NCBI GenBank assembly: GCA_963665295.1
Contig: OY762209.1
Location: forward strand, 4,192,001 to 4,256,000
DNA length: 64,000 nt
Direction: 5' to 3'
Source: Syntrophorhabdaceae bacterium
GTDB taxonomy: Bacteria; Desulfobacterota; Syntrophorhabdia; Syntrophorhabdales; Syntrophorhabdaceae
The notes under the pieces were generated by a model. It was not told the DNA's origin, ran no database searches, and worked only from the letters and a program-made list of their open reading frames with translations. Made by a program: the position numbers and the translations under genes. Shown in pieces: positions 28,201-38,723 of the stretch (positions are counted from its first letter, which is position 1; every line of letters begins with the position of its first letter).

Positions 28201-29022
28201 TCACGTGGCGGGTGTTTCGTCGGCTGCCTTCTTTCTTGCCTTGATGAATTTCAATATCTCTTCAACCTTCTCGATCTGAAGACACGTATTTTTGCAGGGT
28301 CCTTCAGGTCTCCTGTTGGGTATTGCAAGTACCGGCACCCTTTCGGACACATCCTTTATGCCGCTCAAAAGGTCTCTTTCGCACGCGACCGCGAGAATCA
28401 GGGTCGGTCTGAACTGCCCTATTGCTTTTCGAGCCTCTTCGCCGCCGCCTGCCGTCACTACACGCATATCGTATTCCCTGGTGCGGCTCATGAGGTCGCT
28501 ACGGGCCACCTTTCCCAGACAACGGGGCAAAAGCATGAGGAGCCTTTCAGGATTCAGCCGATCGGCATTGCTGGTCGTGACGCGATTATGCACCTTAATG
28601 AAGGAGTTGCCTACCCGGTCCCGGCTGATTCCAAGCCGCCCCCCGAGCCACAGGGCCTTGGGAAGCACCAGGAGAAACAACCGCTCCACCAGCGTGTAGG
28701 GAAAAAGAGATTTGCCGGCTTTCCTCAGCACAAACACCTCAATGGATACAAGCACCAGCAGACAAACCGACACTCCGATCATGGACCACTCGATGACCCC
28801 GGGAAGGACCGTGCTGAACTGCTCGACCCTCGGTCTCATCATGTACCATGAAACGATGAACAAACCGGCCAGAATAGAGAGGGCTATGCCGGCAAGGATC
28901 AGGAAAGTGGTCGAGCGCTCCTCGATCTCATGTTCATAGGGCTGGGAACGTCCGTCCCAGTCCGCCCATTCGTCACCCAGTTTCCTGTCTTTGAATTCCG
29001 ATTTATCTATGGATTCCTCCAT
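28201..29022 (-). CDS. DUF116 domain membrane protein
   Basis: Two TM helices; LPRCL, AVACERDL, EGPCKNT. Confidence 0.82.
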   Translation of the reverse strand: MEESIDKSEFKDRKLGDEWADWDGRSQPYEHEIEERSTTFLILAGIALSILAGLFIVSWYMMRPRVEQFSTVLPGVIEWSMIGVSVCLLVLVSIEVFVLRKAGKSLFPYTLVERLFLLVLPKALWLGGRLGISRDRVGNSFIKVHNRVTTSNADRLNPERLLMLLPRCLGKVARSDLMSRTREYDMRVVTAGGGEEARKAIGQFRPTLILAVACERDLLSGIKDVSERVPVLAIPNRRPEGPCKNTCLQIEKVEEILKFIKARKKAADETPAT

Positions 29023-29179
29023 GGCGCCTTTCATCCATTGCCGCGCCCCGTGTCGGTGCCGGTGAGGCGAGCCCCGATCTACAGTTTCTCACAAACAGGG
29101 TGCGCCGGTCAAGAACGGGGCCGGATATATACAAGGAATATAGTCACGGATTAAAACCATTGAAATACTTTGCTTCCTG

Positions 29180-30433
29180 ATGTATAGAAAAGGTGTCGTG
29201 GCGACCGCAAGAATCATAGAGTACATAGAAGACCACCTCGATTGGCTGGTTGCGAAGACTGCCGGGTTTATAAGGACCCCAAGCGTGAGCGGCTTCGAAG
29301 GTGAGATCGCGAAGGTCCTCACCGGATGCCTCGCCGAATCGGGACTTAAGGCCTTTACCGACGAAGCGGGCAACGTAGTAGGGTCATTTGAGGAACCGGG
29401 CACTGCCCGGGACAAAGGAAAGGTTCTCGCCTTCAATGTTCATCTCGATACTGTCCCTGCGGGTCCCCGTGAATCGTGGAAGCATGACCCCTTCGGCGGC
29501 ATCGTGGAAGAGGGGAAGATATTCGGTAGAGGCGCGTCGGACACGAAAGGTGCGTGGGCGCCCATTATCCTCGCTATGGAGGCCGTCAGGAATTGCGGGA
29601 TCCGCCTCGAAGGCAGGACCGTCTTCACCGCCGTGGTGATGGAGGAACTCGGTCTTTGCGCGGGCATGAAGGTACTTCTTGAATCGACCCTTCGTAACGC
29701 CCTCCCCGACTACATAGTCCTCGGTGAACCAACGGGCTTGGATATTGCCATAGGGCACAAGGGTAAAACAGAGCTTGAGGTCGTCACCCATGGGAGGGCC
29801 TGTCACGCGAGCGCCCCGTGGATGGGGAAAAACGCACTCTATCGTGCGGCAACAGTAATACAAGCCATAGAAAGGAGGGCCCTGGAGATCGACACCTTGT
29901 CCGGAGACCCTCTCTTCGGTAAGTCCACCCTGGCCATGACCGACGTGACCTGCACCCCCGGCGCCAGAAACATAATCCCCGATTCCTGTGCCATGTATGT
30001 AGACTACCGGTTCCTGCCCGGCGAAACCATGGAAACCGTGAAGACTTCTCTCGAACGGTATCTCGCCTCGGACAAGATCGAAGCCGACGTTCGCATTTCC
30101 AGGGAGGACCGTCTCACCTACACGGGTTTGGAGGTAAAAGGACAGAAATACATACCGGCCTTCGGGCTGGACGAAGGCCACGTCCTCGTGCAGGAAGCTT
30201 CACGCGCGGTGCGTGATGTGCTTCCCCATGATCCAAAAATATACCGCTGGAATTTCGCCACCGACGGCGGCTGGTCCATGGGCAAACTAGGTATTCCCAC
30301 CATAGGTTTTTCTCCCTGCGAGGAGCACCTCGCCCACACGGTCGACGAGTACGTGAGAATCGATTCCCTCGTGTCCGCGGCCAAGGTTTATGCGGCCATT
30401 ATCGTCCGGCTGCTGAACGGGCGGGAACGTTGA
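29180..30433 (+). CDS. M20 family metallopeptidase/deacylase (ArgE/DapE/YgeY-like)
   Basis: HLDTV, GRGASDTKG, MEE, GEPT, HAS, AHTVDE. Confidence 0.9.
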   Translation: MYRKGVVATARIIEYIEDHLDWLVAKTAGFIRTPSVSGFEGEIAKVLTGCLAESGLKAFTDEAGNVVGSFEEPGTARDKGKVLAFNVHLDTVPAGPRESWKHDPFGGIVEEGKIFGRGASDTKGAWAPIILAMEAVRNCGIRLEGRTVFTAVVMEELGLCAGMKVLLESTLRNALPDYIVLGEPTGLDIAIGHKGKTELEVVTHGRACHASAPWMGKNALYRAATVIQAIERRALEIDTLSGDPLFGKSTLAMTDVTCTPGARNIIPDSCAMYVDYRFLPGETMETVKTSLERYLASDKIEADVRISREDRLTYTGLEVKGQKYIPAFGLDEGHVLVQEASRAVRDVLPHDPKIYRWNFATDGGWSMGKLGIPTIGFSPCEEHLAHTVDEYVRIDSLVSAAKVYAAIIVRLLNGRER

Positions 30434-30619
30434 GGCTCCGGCCCTCGTTGAAACCGGAGTCGCTGGCCTCTATACTTGAACCCCTCGATAGAGTATAATA
30501 AGACGCGTCGCGTGGAAGAGCCGCCCTGACGTTCTCCGTCCGTGCGATCCCGCGCCTGTCGGTCCGTTGCCGGCTATAATAACCATTAAACTGTCGAGCC
30601 CGTAACAAGGCGAAGGAGG

Positions 30620-30958
30620 ATGACCGTGGAATTTTTCGTTGTTGCCGATGAAGTACTGATGGGACAGGGCGTCTTCGGCGTCTTTTCCACCCTCGATAAA
30701 GCAGGGGCATACCTGGAGGATGTTCAGTTAAGAACCGGCTTCAGGTGCACGATAACACAATTGTCCGTGATGGGCTATGCCGCCACCCCGGACAGGGTAT
30801 GTGTCGCGTATTTCCATGACTGCCTGCACGATGTCTTCATTCTGGACGGTCTGTACACGGATGCCGCACTAGCCTACGACGCCACCGGAGACCAGGGACT
30901 GATAGTCGAGTTCGTGGTGGATGCTCCCGAACAGAAGCAGATTGTCGAGGACTTTTAA
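30620..30958 (+). CDS. Hypothetical protein
   Basis: AAGGAGG RBS; 112 aa; apparent internal repeat (GVFSTLDKA / GLYTDAALA). Confidence 0.65.
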   Translation: MTVEFFVVADEVLMGQGVFGVFSTLDKAGAYLEDVQLRTGFRCTITQLSVMGYAATPDRVCVAYFHDCLHDVFILDGLYTDAALAYDATGDQGLIVEFVVDAPEQKQIVEDF

Positions 30959-31031
30959 AGCCTGCTGCGGGGAGCGTGATGCCCGGGGTCCTTTCTGAGG
31001 AATAAGCGTCAACGCAGGAGGAGATTCACCG

Positions 31032-32564
31032 ATGAAGAAAAAAACTTGTGTGGTTACCCGATTCATATCAGTCCTTTTCTTGTTACTGCTTCCGGTCCTC
31101 CTTCTATCCGCGGAAAGTCATGGCACGACCCCGGCCGGGGGAGCCGGCCTTTCGGGCTCCGATTCAGCTACCCTCCCCGAGGATACCATGGCGGTCCTTT
31201 ATCGTCCCATCGAGACAAACACTGCCGACCTCACTCCCGGCACCAGGAACATAAGGGTCCTCGTCCATTACGGCAGGACTGAATTCTTTGTGGCCAATGG
31301 AAGACCCTTCGGCATCGAATACGAAAGCTTTGCCGAGTTCGAAAAGTATCTGAACAAGAACCGCCCGAAGCATTCACCCAGGATCAGCGTTACCTTTATC
31401 CCCGTCCATCTCGAAGACCTTATCCCCTACCTCCTTGAGGGCAAGGGGGACATTGCTGCCGGTTTACTCACCATGACGGAGGAACGCAAGGAAAAGGTTT
31501 CCTTTGCTAAACCGTACATTCAAAATGTGAGCGAGGTGCTCGTAAGCCATTCGGGGGCGCCCCGTATCGCGAATATCGAAGACCTTTCGGGAAAAACAGT
31601 CCACGTCCTGAGGGGAAGCAGTTTTGTCCATCACCTCCACGCCCTCAACAGGAAACTGGAGGCTTCGGGTCGAGCCCCGGCGACCATAGTCGAATTGCCC
31701 GCGGGTGCAAACGACGACGACATCCTCGAGATGGTGAACGCGGGGATATTCGAGTTTACCTTCGTGGATAATTTCATGGCCGAACTCTGGTCCCGCGTCC
31801 TGCCCGATATCAGGATCGCCTCGTCGGTCACCCTTCATAAAGGGGGGAGTATTGCCTGGGCCGTGCGGCCCGGCAACCCCGAGATGCTCAGTAGCCTAAA
31901 CGGATTTGTGGATTACGAGAAGGTTCACCTGAAGAGCAAAATCATTGAAATGTGGAACCGGTATTTCGTGGATACGAGGCTCATCAAAAACCCCTTGAGC
32001 CAGGAGGCCTTCGGGCGCGTCAAGACCTTGAGTCCTCACTTCAAGGACTCCGCCTCAAAGAACAAGATTGATTGGCTTCTCGCCATGGCGCAAGGCTATC
32101 AGGAGTCGGAACTGGACCAGAAGCGAAAAAGCCCGAGAGGGGCGCTGGGCATCATGCAACTCCTGCCAGGAACCGCCAAAAGCGTGGGATATACCGATAT
32201 CACCACCGAACGGAGTAATATCGCGGCAGGTACGGCATACCTCAACTTCATTCGTCAGACCCACTTCAACGAACCTGATATCCCCCCGGACGCACGGCTT
32301 GATTTCGCCCTGGCTGCCTACAATGCGGGTCCTGCCAGGATCGAATCCTTCCGGCAGGAAGCGAAAAAACGGGGTTTGAACCCGAACCTCTGGTTCAACA
32401 ACGTAGAGAGGGTAGCTCTTGACAAAACAGGTGAAGAGACCGTGCGGTACGTGGCGAATATCAACAAATATTACGTTGCCTACAGGATGTCGCACCACCT
32501 GGATGAGCACAAGGTGCGCAACGTAACCAACCAGGCTTTGCGCAAGGGGGACTCCCTCAAGTAG
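31032..32564 (+). CDS. MltF-like lytic transglycosylase (SBP_bac_3 + SLT)
   Basis: GKGDIAAG periplasmic-binding domain; YQES, GALGIMQL, AAYNAGP, ETVRYV. Confidence 0.9.
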   Translation: MKKKTCVVTRFISVLFLLLLPVLLLSAESHGTTPAGGAGLSGSDSATLPEDTMAVLYRPIETNTADLTPGTRNIRVLVHYGRTEFFVANGRPFGIEYESFAEFEKYLNKNRPKHSPRISVTFIPVHLEDLIPYLLEGKGDIAAGLLTMTEERKEKVSFAKPYIQNVSEVLVSHSGAPRIANIEDLSGKTVHVLRGSSFVHHLHALNRKLEASGRAPATIVELPAGANDDDILEMVNAGIFEFTFVDNFMAELWSRVLPDIRIASSVTLHKGGSIAWAVRPGNPEMLSSLNGFVDYEKVHLKSKIIEMWNRYFVDTRLIKNPLSQEAFGRVKTLSPHFKDSASKNKIDWLLAMAQGYQESELDQKRKSPRGALGIMQLLPGTAKSVGYTDITTERSNIAAGTAYLNFIRQTHFNEPDIPPDARLDFALAAYNAGPARIESFRQEAKKRGLNPNLWFNNVERVALDKTGEETVRYVANINKYYVAYRMSHHLDEHKVRNVTNQALRKGDSLK

Positions 32565-32593
32565 CCCGGCGCGTCACATGCCGCCAACCGTTC

Positions 32594-32866
32594 TCATTTG
32601 ACCAAACGATGGTAATCCTCGGAATTCCAGCACGACCGGAAAAAGGGGCACTCCCCACACTCTTTGATCCTATCCCGTTCCCTGAGGTAAGCCTTGCCGG
32701 ACATGCCGGCAATGCCATCCTTTTCCATCCCGGTAATGCAGGGAGGGGTCTTTGTTTTGCACCCGTGTCTGTTGTCGCAGTTGATGCAGTAGCCGTTTTT
32801 CGGTTTGATAAGGGTCTCCTCCTCCGCTAATCTGAATCTATAGAAACCTGGTCCCTCTGTCAACAC
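32594..32866 (-). CDS. Small Cys-rich protein, start uncertain
   Basis: CINC-x5-C-x6-C and CGEC-x5-C motifs. Confidence 0.55.
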   Translation of the reverse strand: MLTEGPGFYRFRLAEEETLIKPKNGYCINCDNRHGCKTKTPPCITGMEKDGIAGMSGKAYLRERDRIKECGECPFFRSCWNSEDYHRLVK

Positions 32867-32948
32867 CCCCGGGATTGAAGCCCATTTCCCGGGAGCCTTT
32901 TTTGTGGTACCATATGGACCGGTTCACAAAAAAAAGGGTGGGTATGCC

Positions 32949-33818
32949 ATGCCTCTTGTTACCATCGATCCCGGGTTATGCCTCAAAGACGGCCTTTGTG
33001 CCCGTATCTGCCGGAAAGTCTTCTCCCATAAGGCCGAAGGCACCGTCCCTGTAATCGAACACGAGGCCTTCTGTAATGCCTGCGGGCATTGCGCGCTCAT
33101 ATGTCCTTCCGGCGCAATCCGCCTGGACGGCGTCCCGGCCGACAAGATACACCCCGTCCGCCGCGACCTTATCCCCTCCTATGAACAGGTGAGGGAGTTG
33201 ATCGCGTCACGGCGCTCAATCAGGACTTTTCAGAAACGGCCCGTGGAAAAGGAGGTCATCGGAAGGATCATCGAGGGAGCACGGTTTGCCCCGAGCGCCA
33301 AAAATACGGGAAGCACCCGGTTCATAGTGGTCCAGGACGGAACGCTCATCAGGGCCATAGCCTCCGCCACTGCCGACTGGCTCGGCAAGACGGCAAAAAG
33401 GCTCAAAAACCCTCTCTGGAGAAAGCTTTATCTTATGACCGGCGCAAGGGACGCGGAGGGAATGGCGCGATGGGTCGGCCGGTTCCGCCTCATGGCGGAA
33501 AGTATGCGGCAAGGCACGGACCTCGTCCTCTTTGATGCCCCGGCCCTTATTCTGTTCCACGCGGACCGCTCCGTCAGGTTCGCCGACGAGAACGCCAACC
33601 TCGCCCTTCAAAACGGGACCCTTATCGCGTGTTCCCTCGGCCTGGGCAGTTTTTACACGGGCTACGTGGTGACGGCCTCGGGCCGCGACAAGGCCATTCC
33701 CCGCCTCGTGGGGCTGCCTGAGGACCACAGGATATACGGGGGATTGGCTCTCGGATATCCGGAAATACGGTTTTCCCGCTGGATCGAGCGAAACCCCGCA
33801 ATGGTCACGTGGATGTAA
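32949..33818 (+). CDS. Nitroreductase with N-terminal ferredoxin domain
   Basis: CLKDGLCARIC, CNACGHCALICP, SRRSIR, APSAKN, LGLGS, LGYP. Confidence 0.92.
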   Translation: MPLVTIDPGLCLKDGLCARICRKVFSHKAEGTVPVIEHEAFCNACGHCALICPSGAIRLDGVPADKIHPVRRDLIPSYEQVRELIASRRSIRTFQKRPVEKEVIGRIIEGARFAPSAKNTGSTRFIVVQDGTLIRAIASATADWLGKTAKRLKNPLWRKLYLMTGARDAEGMARWVGRFRLMAESMRQGTDLVLFDAPALILFHADRSVRFADENANLALQNGTLIACSLGLGSFYTGYVVTASGRDKAIPRLVGLPEDHRIYGGLALGYPEIRFSRWIERNPAMVTWM

Positions 33819-33931
33819 GATGGAAATAGTTGTGGTCCGCATTGAAAGAATGCGCCCGCTATGGTAATAAATTAACATAATTGCGCCGCTACGGGCGGCT
33901 GCTTCAAAGAAGGAGGAAGAAAAAACCCGAC

Positions 33932-35620
33932 ATGATAGAAACAGAGGCTGCGCCACAAAACGATTTTATCCGCGAAATCATCGAAGACGACTTGAAAACG
34001 AACAAGAATAACGGGCGCGTCGCCACGCGCTTCCCGCCCGAACCGAACGGCTATCCCCACATCGGTCACGCCAAGTCGGTGTGTCTCAATTTCGGCATTG
34101 CCGCCCAGTACGGAGGCACGTGCAACCTCCGCATGGACGACACCGATCCGAGCGGCGAGTCTCTCGAATATGTGGATTCAATTATAAACGATGTTCACTG
34201 GCTCGGTTTCGACTGGCAGGACCGTCTCTTCTACGCCTCCGACTACTTCGAAGACCTTTACCGTTTCGCGGTGCAGCTCATCAAACTCGGCAAGGCGTAT
34301 GTCTGCAGCTTGAGGGCCGACCAGATCAGGGAGTACAGGGGGACCCTTACCGAACCGGGGAAAGAAAGCCCCTTCAGAAACCGCTCCGTGGAGGAAAACC
34401 TGGACCTTTTCACCCGCATGCGGGCGGGCGAATTCGCCGACGGCGTACACGTGCTCAGGGCAAAGATCGACATGTCATCGCCCAACATCACCATGCGGGA
34501 CCCCGTAATCTACCGGATCAAACGATCACCCCATTACCGGACAGGCACTCAGTGGGTCATCTACCCCATGTACGATTTTGCCCACTGCCTCTCCGATTCA
34601 CTCGAACATATCACTTACTCCATCTGTACACTGGAGTTTGAAAATAACCGGCCTCTCTACGACTGGATCGTGGCTCAACTCATCCCCGAGCCCCGGCCCC
34701 GCCAGATTGAGTTTGCCCGCCTCAACGTCACCTACACGATCCTGAGCAAGCGGCGGCTCATCGAACTTGTCGAGAATAACCACGTGAACGGCTGGGATGA
34801 CCCGCGAATGCCTACCATCGCAGGCATGAGAAGACGCGGTTACACTCCTCAGGCCATCAGGACCTTCTGTGCGAAGATCGGGGTGGCAAAAAGCGACAAC
34901 CTTATCGATATGTCCCTCCTCGAAAGTTGTGTCCGCGATGACCTCAATGAGCAGGCGCCCCGTGCTATGGCAGTCCTCCGCCCCCTCAGGCTCGTGATCG
35001 ACAATTATCCCGAAGGCCGGGTGGAGGAATTTGAATGCGCGAATCACCCGCAAAACCCCGACTTCGGAACGCGCAAGGTGCCCTTTTCCAGGGTCCTCTA
35101 TATCGAAGCCGATGATTTCATGGAAGAACCGCCAAGAAAATACAAACGCCTCGGCCCCGGCCGCGAGGTGCGTCTGAGAAACGGCTACGCCATAAAATAT
35201 GCTGGCGTGGTGAAGGACGAGAAGACCGGCGAAATAACGGAAATACACTGCACCTATGACCCGGACACCCTCCACGGTGCTCCCGCGGATGGACGCAAGA
35301 TCGATGGCGTAATCCATTGGGTCTCCGCGGCTCACTCGGTCAAATCCGAAGTAAGGCTCTATGACCGTCTGTTCCGCATCCCCAACCCCGTGACCCAGGG
35401 AGACGCCTTCCTGGAATTTCTAAACCCCGATTCCCTGGAAATCATCACGAACTGCCGGGTGGAATCGAGTCTCAAGGATGCCGCCTCCGGGAGCAGGTAC
35501 CAATTCGAAAGACTAGGCTATTTCACCGCTGATTCCGTAGACTCAAAACCCGGAAACCCCGTGTTCAACCGCATCGTGCCTCTGCGGGATTCCTGGGCCA
35601 AGGTAGCTGCGAAAGGGTAA
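33932..35620 (+). CDS. glnS: Glutamine--tRNA ligase
   Basis: [52 protein letters not shown]. Confidence 0.96.
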   Translation: MIETEAAPQNDFIREIIEDDLKTNKNNGRVATRFPPEPNGYPHIGHAKSVCLNFGIAAQYGGTCNLRMDDTDPSGESLEYVDSIINDVHWLGFDWQDRLFYASDYFEDLYRFAVQLIKLGKAYVCSLRADQIREYRGTLTEPGKESPFRNRSVEENLDLFTRMRAGEFADGVHVLRAKIDMSSPNITMRDPVIYRIKRSPHYRTGTQWVIYPMYDFAHCLSDSLEHITYSICTLEFENNRPLYDWIVAQLIPEPRPRQIEFARLNVTYTILSKRRLIELVENNHVNGWDDPRMPTIAGMRRRGYTPQAIRTFCAKIGVAKSDNLIDMSLLESCVRDDLNEQAPRAMAVLRPLRLVIDNYPEGRVEEFECANHPQNPDFGTRKVPFSRVLYIEADDFMEEPPRKYKRLGPGREVRLRNGYAIKYAGVVKDEKTGEITEIHCTYDPDTLHGAPADGRKIDGVIHWVSAAHSVKSEVRLYDRLFRIPNPVTQGDAFLEFLNPDSLEIITNCRVESSLKDAASGSRYQFERLGYFTADSVDSKPGNPVFNRIVPLRDSWAKVAAKG

Positions 35621-35676
35621 AGAACCGGGAAACGGTTTCCCCACGCCTTACGCGCAGAGCATAAAGTCAAATCGAC

Positions 35677-35702
35677 AGGCCGGGGCCTCACAGCCCCGGC
35701 CT
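35677..35702. terminator. Hairpin between convergent glnS and gldA
   Basis: AGGCCGGGGC-ctcaca-GCCCCGGCCT, perfect 10-bp stem. Confidence 0.65.
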
Positions 35703-35791
35703 CTTACACCGCTCCATGTCCCACCCACGCCACTATCCGGCCCAACGATAGGACACGAGGCGCCGGGAGTGTCCGGATGATATCTCCCCGC

Positions 35792-36973
35792 TCACCCCGC
35801 CAGGCTTCTGTCCATGGTCTTGCCGAATCCATCCGCTTCAATTACAGCGGCCTTCAAAGAACTGTGGGTTACCTCAAAAGGCTCGTATCTCAGAAAGAAT
35901 ACATTCAGGCTGTGTTGGACGATGTCGTCCAGTTCGCCATCCCTCTGCATCACATCAAAACCCAGTTGGCCGAGATGCAACGGCAGGCCCACGTCTTTGA
36001 AGAACCGGGCCGCCCTCTCCGCTTCATCAATTCGTTTTTCCAATACGAGTTGTGTCATGGTGCCGATGGCCACCAATTCTCCGTGAAGGCAGTCCCTGTG
36101 CAGGTCATGGCAGGCCGTCAACCCTTGCGCCACTCCATGGGCCCCCGCGAGACCGCCGCTTTCGAATCCGATGCCGCTGAGAAGAATATTCGCCTCCACA
36201 ATACGAGCAAGGGCTTCATCGACATTCCGGTCCTTAAGCTCCTTCAGTGCCGCGGTACCGTAATCGAAGAGCAGGTCCCGGCACTGACGGGCAATTGCCA
36301 GGGCCGCCATGGTCGGCCTCGCGCCTCGTGCCGTTCGGGCTTCCGGATTTTCCATGCAACAGCGGGCTTCGTAGAATGTCGAAAAGGCATCCCCCATTCC
36401 CGCTACCAAATACCGTGGCGGGGCATGGGCGATGATATCGAGATCGACCAGGACCAGCAAGGGATTTGTTGCGCAGAACTCGATATCACTGAAAACCCCG
36501 TTCTCGTTGTAGACGACGGCATGGGCCGATGTCGGCGCATCGGTGGAAGCCGTGGTAGGAATCGTAACAACAGGCGCACCCAGCCTTGACGCTGCCATCC
36601 TTGCCGTGTCAAGGCATTTGCCTCCCCCTATGCCGATAAGGACGTCCACTTTCGGGCCGGGACCTTCAAAAAAGGCTGCAACCCTTCCTGCCTCGCCCAG
36701 CGTCGATTCACCCTGAAAGATCGTTTTCCGCACTGCGAAACCCGCAGCGTTCAGACTCTTGTCGACAATCTTGCCGAGAACAAGATCCCTTCCCGGGGTA
36801 ATGAGCACACCGGCACAACCCGAGAGGGATAAAGAGAGATATTCACCAAGCAGATCGACAACGCCTCTCCCCTGAATATACTGAGAGGGAGATACGAAAA
36901 GCTGTATCGGCCCTCTATGGTCCGGAAACTTCCGGTACGTCGGATTAGGGTCTAATGCATTCTTGTTTTTCAT
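35792..36973 (-). CDS. gldA: Glycerol dehydrogenase (family III, Zn)
   Basis: SPSQYIQG, GGGKCLD, ASTDAPTS, GMGDA, SGIGFESGGLAGAH, LHGE. Confidence 0.88.
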   Translation of the reverse strand: MKNKNALDPNPTYRKFPDHRGPIQLFVSPSQYIQGRGVVDLLGEYLSLSLSGCAGVLITPGRDLVLGKIVDKSLNAAGFAVRKTIFQGESTLGEAGRVAAFFEGPGPKVDVLIGIGGGKCLDTARMAASRLGAPVVTIPTTASTDAPTSAHAVVYNENGVFSDIEFCATNPLLVLVDLDIIAHAPPRYLVAGMGDAFSTFYEARCCMENPEARTARGARPTMAALAIARQCRDLLFDYGTAALKELKDRNVDEALARIVEANILLSGIGFESGGLAGAHGVAQGLTACHDLHRDCLHGELVAIGTMTQLVLEKRIDEAERAARFFKDVGLPLHLGQLGFDVMQRDGELDDIVQHSLNVFFLRYEPFEVTHSSLKAAVIEADGFGKTMDRSLAG

Positions 36974-37143
36974 CTGTATTTCCTTTTTCCGAAAAAGATA
37001 TCGTCCGGTCTAAGTGCCGCACCGGGCAATCGTGCAATTGGGTCGTCAAGAACTTACACGAACTCTCCGTCCTATTTCAAGCCCACCCCTATTCCGGGAC
37101 GATTGCCTGCGAAGCGGCAGGGGCAAAGAGAAGGTAGCGACAT

Positions 37144-38595
37144 CTAAAGTCCGATGCACAAGTATTTGACATTCAGGTACTCATCAATGCCGTACCTCGA
37201 ACCTTCCCGACCAAAGCCGGATTCCTTTACTCCGCCGAAGGGGGCGGTCTCGGTCGAAATAATACCGGTGTTGATGCCAACTATGCCGTATTGCAGCGCC
37301 TCGGCGACCCGGAATACCCGCCCCACGTCGCGGGTGTAAAAATATGCGGCCAGTCCGTACTCCGTCGCATTGGCCAGCCGGATTGCATCCTCTTCGTCCC
37401 TGAACCGGAACAGGGGCGCCACCGGCCCGAAGGTCTCCTCCCTGGCAGCCAGCATGTCCGCTGTCATCTCCGAGAGTACCGTAGGCTCGTAAAACGTCCG
37501 GCCCAGGGCATGCCGCCGACCCCCGGTCAACACCTTCGCTCCTTTGGCAACAGCGTCTGCAACGTGCTGCTCAACCTTCACCAGCGCCTCTCCGTCGATG
37601 AGAGGTCCCTGTGTAATGCCAGGCGCCATACCATCGCCGACCTTCAACTGGGCGCACACCAACTCGGTAAACCTGGAAGCGAATTCCCCATAGATCCCGT
37701 CCTGCACCAAAAACCGGTTGGCACAGACGCATGTCTGGCCGGTGTTGCGGTACTTGCAGATCATGGCCCCTGCCAGCGCCGCCTCAAGATGCGCGTCCTC
37801 AAATACAATGAACGGCGCATTACCTCCCAGCTCCAGGGACAACCGCTTGACCGTGCCGGCCGCACGCTGCATCAAATACTTGCCGGTACGCGTGGACCCC
37901 GTGAAGCTGAGTTTGGCCACCAACGGGTTATCCAGAATCTCGTCTCCGATAGCCTGAGCCGGGCCGGTCACGACGTTCAACACGCCCGGGGGCAGGCCCG
38001 CCCGTTCCGCCAACGCCGCGAGGGCCAGTGCGGAAAAGGGGGTTTGCGAAGCCGGTTTGATCACCATCGTACAACCCGCCGCCAGCGCCGCCCCGGCTTT
38101 GCGGGTGATCATCGCCGCCGGAAAATTCCAGGGGGTGATTGCGGCGCACACACCCACCGGCTCCTTCACCACCAGTATCCTCTTGTCGACCTGATGCGGC
38201 GGAATTACATCGCCATATGCCCGCTTGCCCTCTTCCGCGAACCACTCTATAAAGCTTGCCCCATAGGCTATTTCACCGCGCGCCTCAGCCAACGGCTTGC
38301 CCTGTTCGCACGTCATGAGAGTCGCCAGATCCTCCTGGTTCTCCATGACCTGTCTGAACCAGTCCTTCAAAATGATTGCCCTCGCCTGAGCGGTGAGCGC
38401 CCGCCAGCCGGCCAGCGCATTATCTGCCGCCATAATCGCCCGGCGGGTTTCCTTCCCGCCCAGCGCCGGAACCTGACCCAGTCGCTCGCCCGTTGCGGGA
38501 TTGGCAATCGTCATAACCTTCCTGTCGTCACCGTCGATCCATACGCCGTCGATATAGCACTGTTGCCGAAACAACGTGCAGTCGCGCAAGTCCAT
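37144..38595 (-). CDS. gabD: NAD(P)-dependent succinate-semialdehyde dehydrogenase
   Basis: ITPWNFP, FTGST, LELGGNAP, RNTGQTCVC, EETFGP, PFGGVKESG. Confidence 0.92.
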   Translation of the reverse strand: MDLRDCTLFRQQCYIDGVWIDGDDRKVMTIANPATGERLGQVPALGGKETRRAIMAADNALAGWRALTAQARAIILKDWFRQVMENQEDLATLMTCEQGKPLAEARGEIAYGASFIEWFAEEGKRAYGDVIPPHQVDKRILVVKEPVGVCAAITPWNFPAAMITRKAGAALAAGCTMVIKPASQTPFSALALAALAERAGLPPGVLNVVTGPAQAIGDEILDNPLVAKLSFTGSTRTGKYLMQRAAGTVKRLSLELGGNAPFIVFEDAHLEAALAGAMICKYRNTGQTCVCANRFLVQDGIYGEFASRFTELVCAQLKVGDGMAPGITQGPLIDGEALVKVEQHVADAVAKGAKVLTGGRRHALGRTFYEPTVLSEMTADMLAAREETFGPVAPLFRFRDEEDAIRLANATEYGLAAYFYTRDVGRVFRVAEALQYGIVGINTGIISTETAPFGGVKESGFGREGSRYGIDEYLNVKYLCIGL

Positions 38596-38723
38596 TTGCC
38601 CCCTCCTGTCCTTTCGTTTTTCCTTCATCACACTCTCGTGTATGCTCCCATCGTCCCCCTATTTTCCTTCCGTGTCAAGTCGAAATTGTTGCAAGCCCTC
38701 CAAAAAAGGAACACGAGCTCCCC

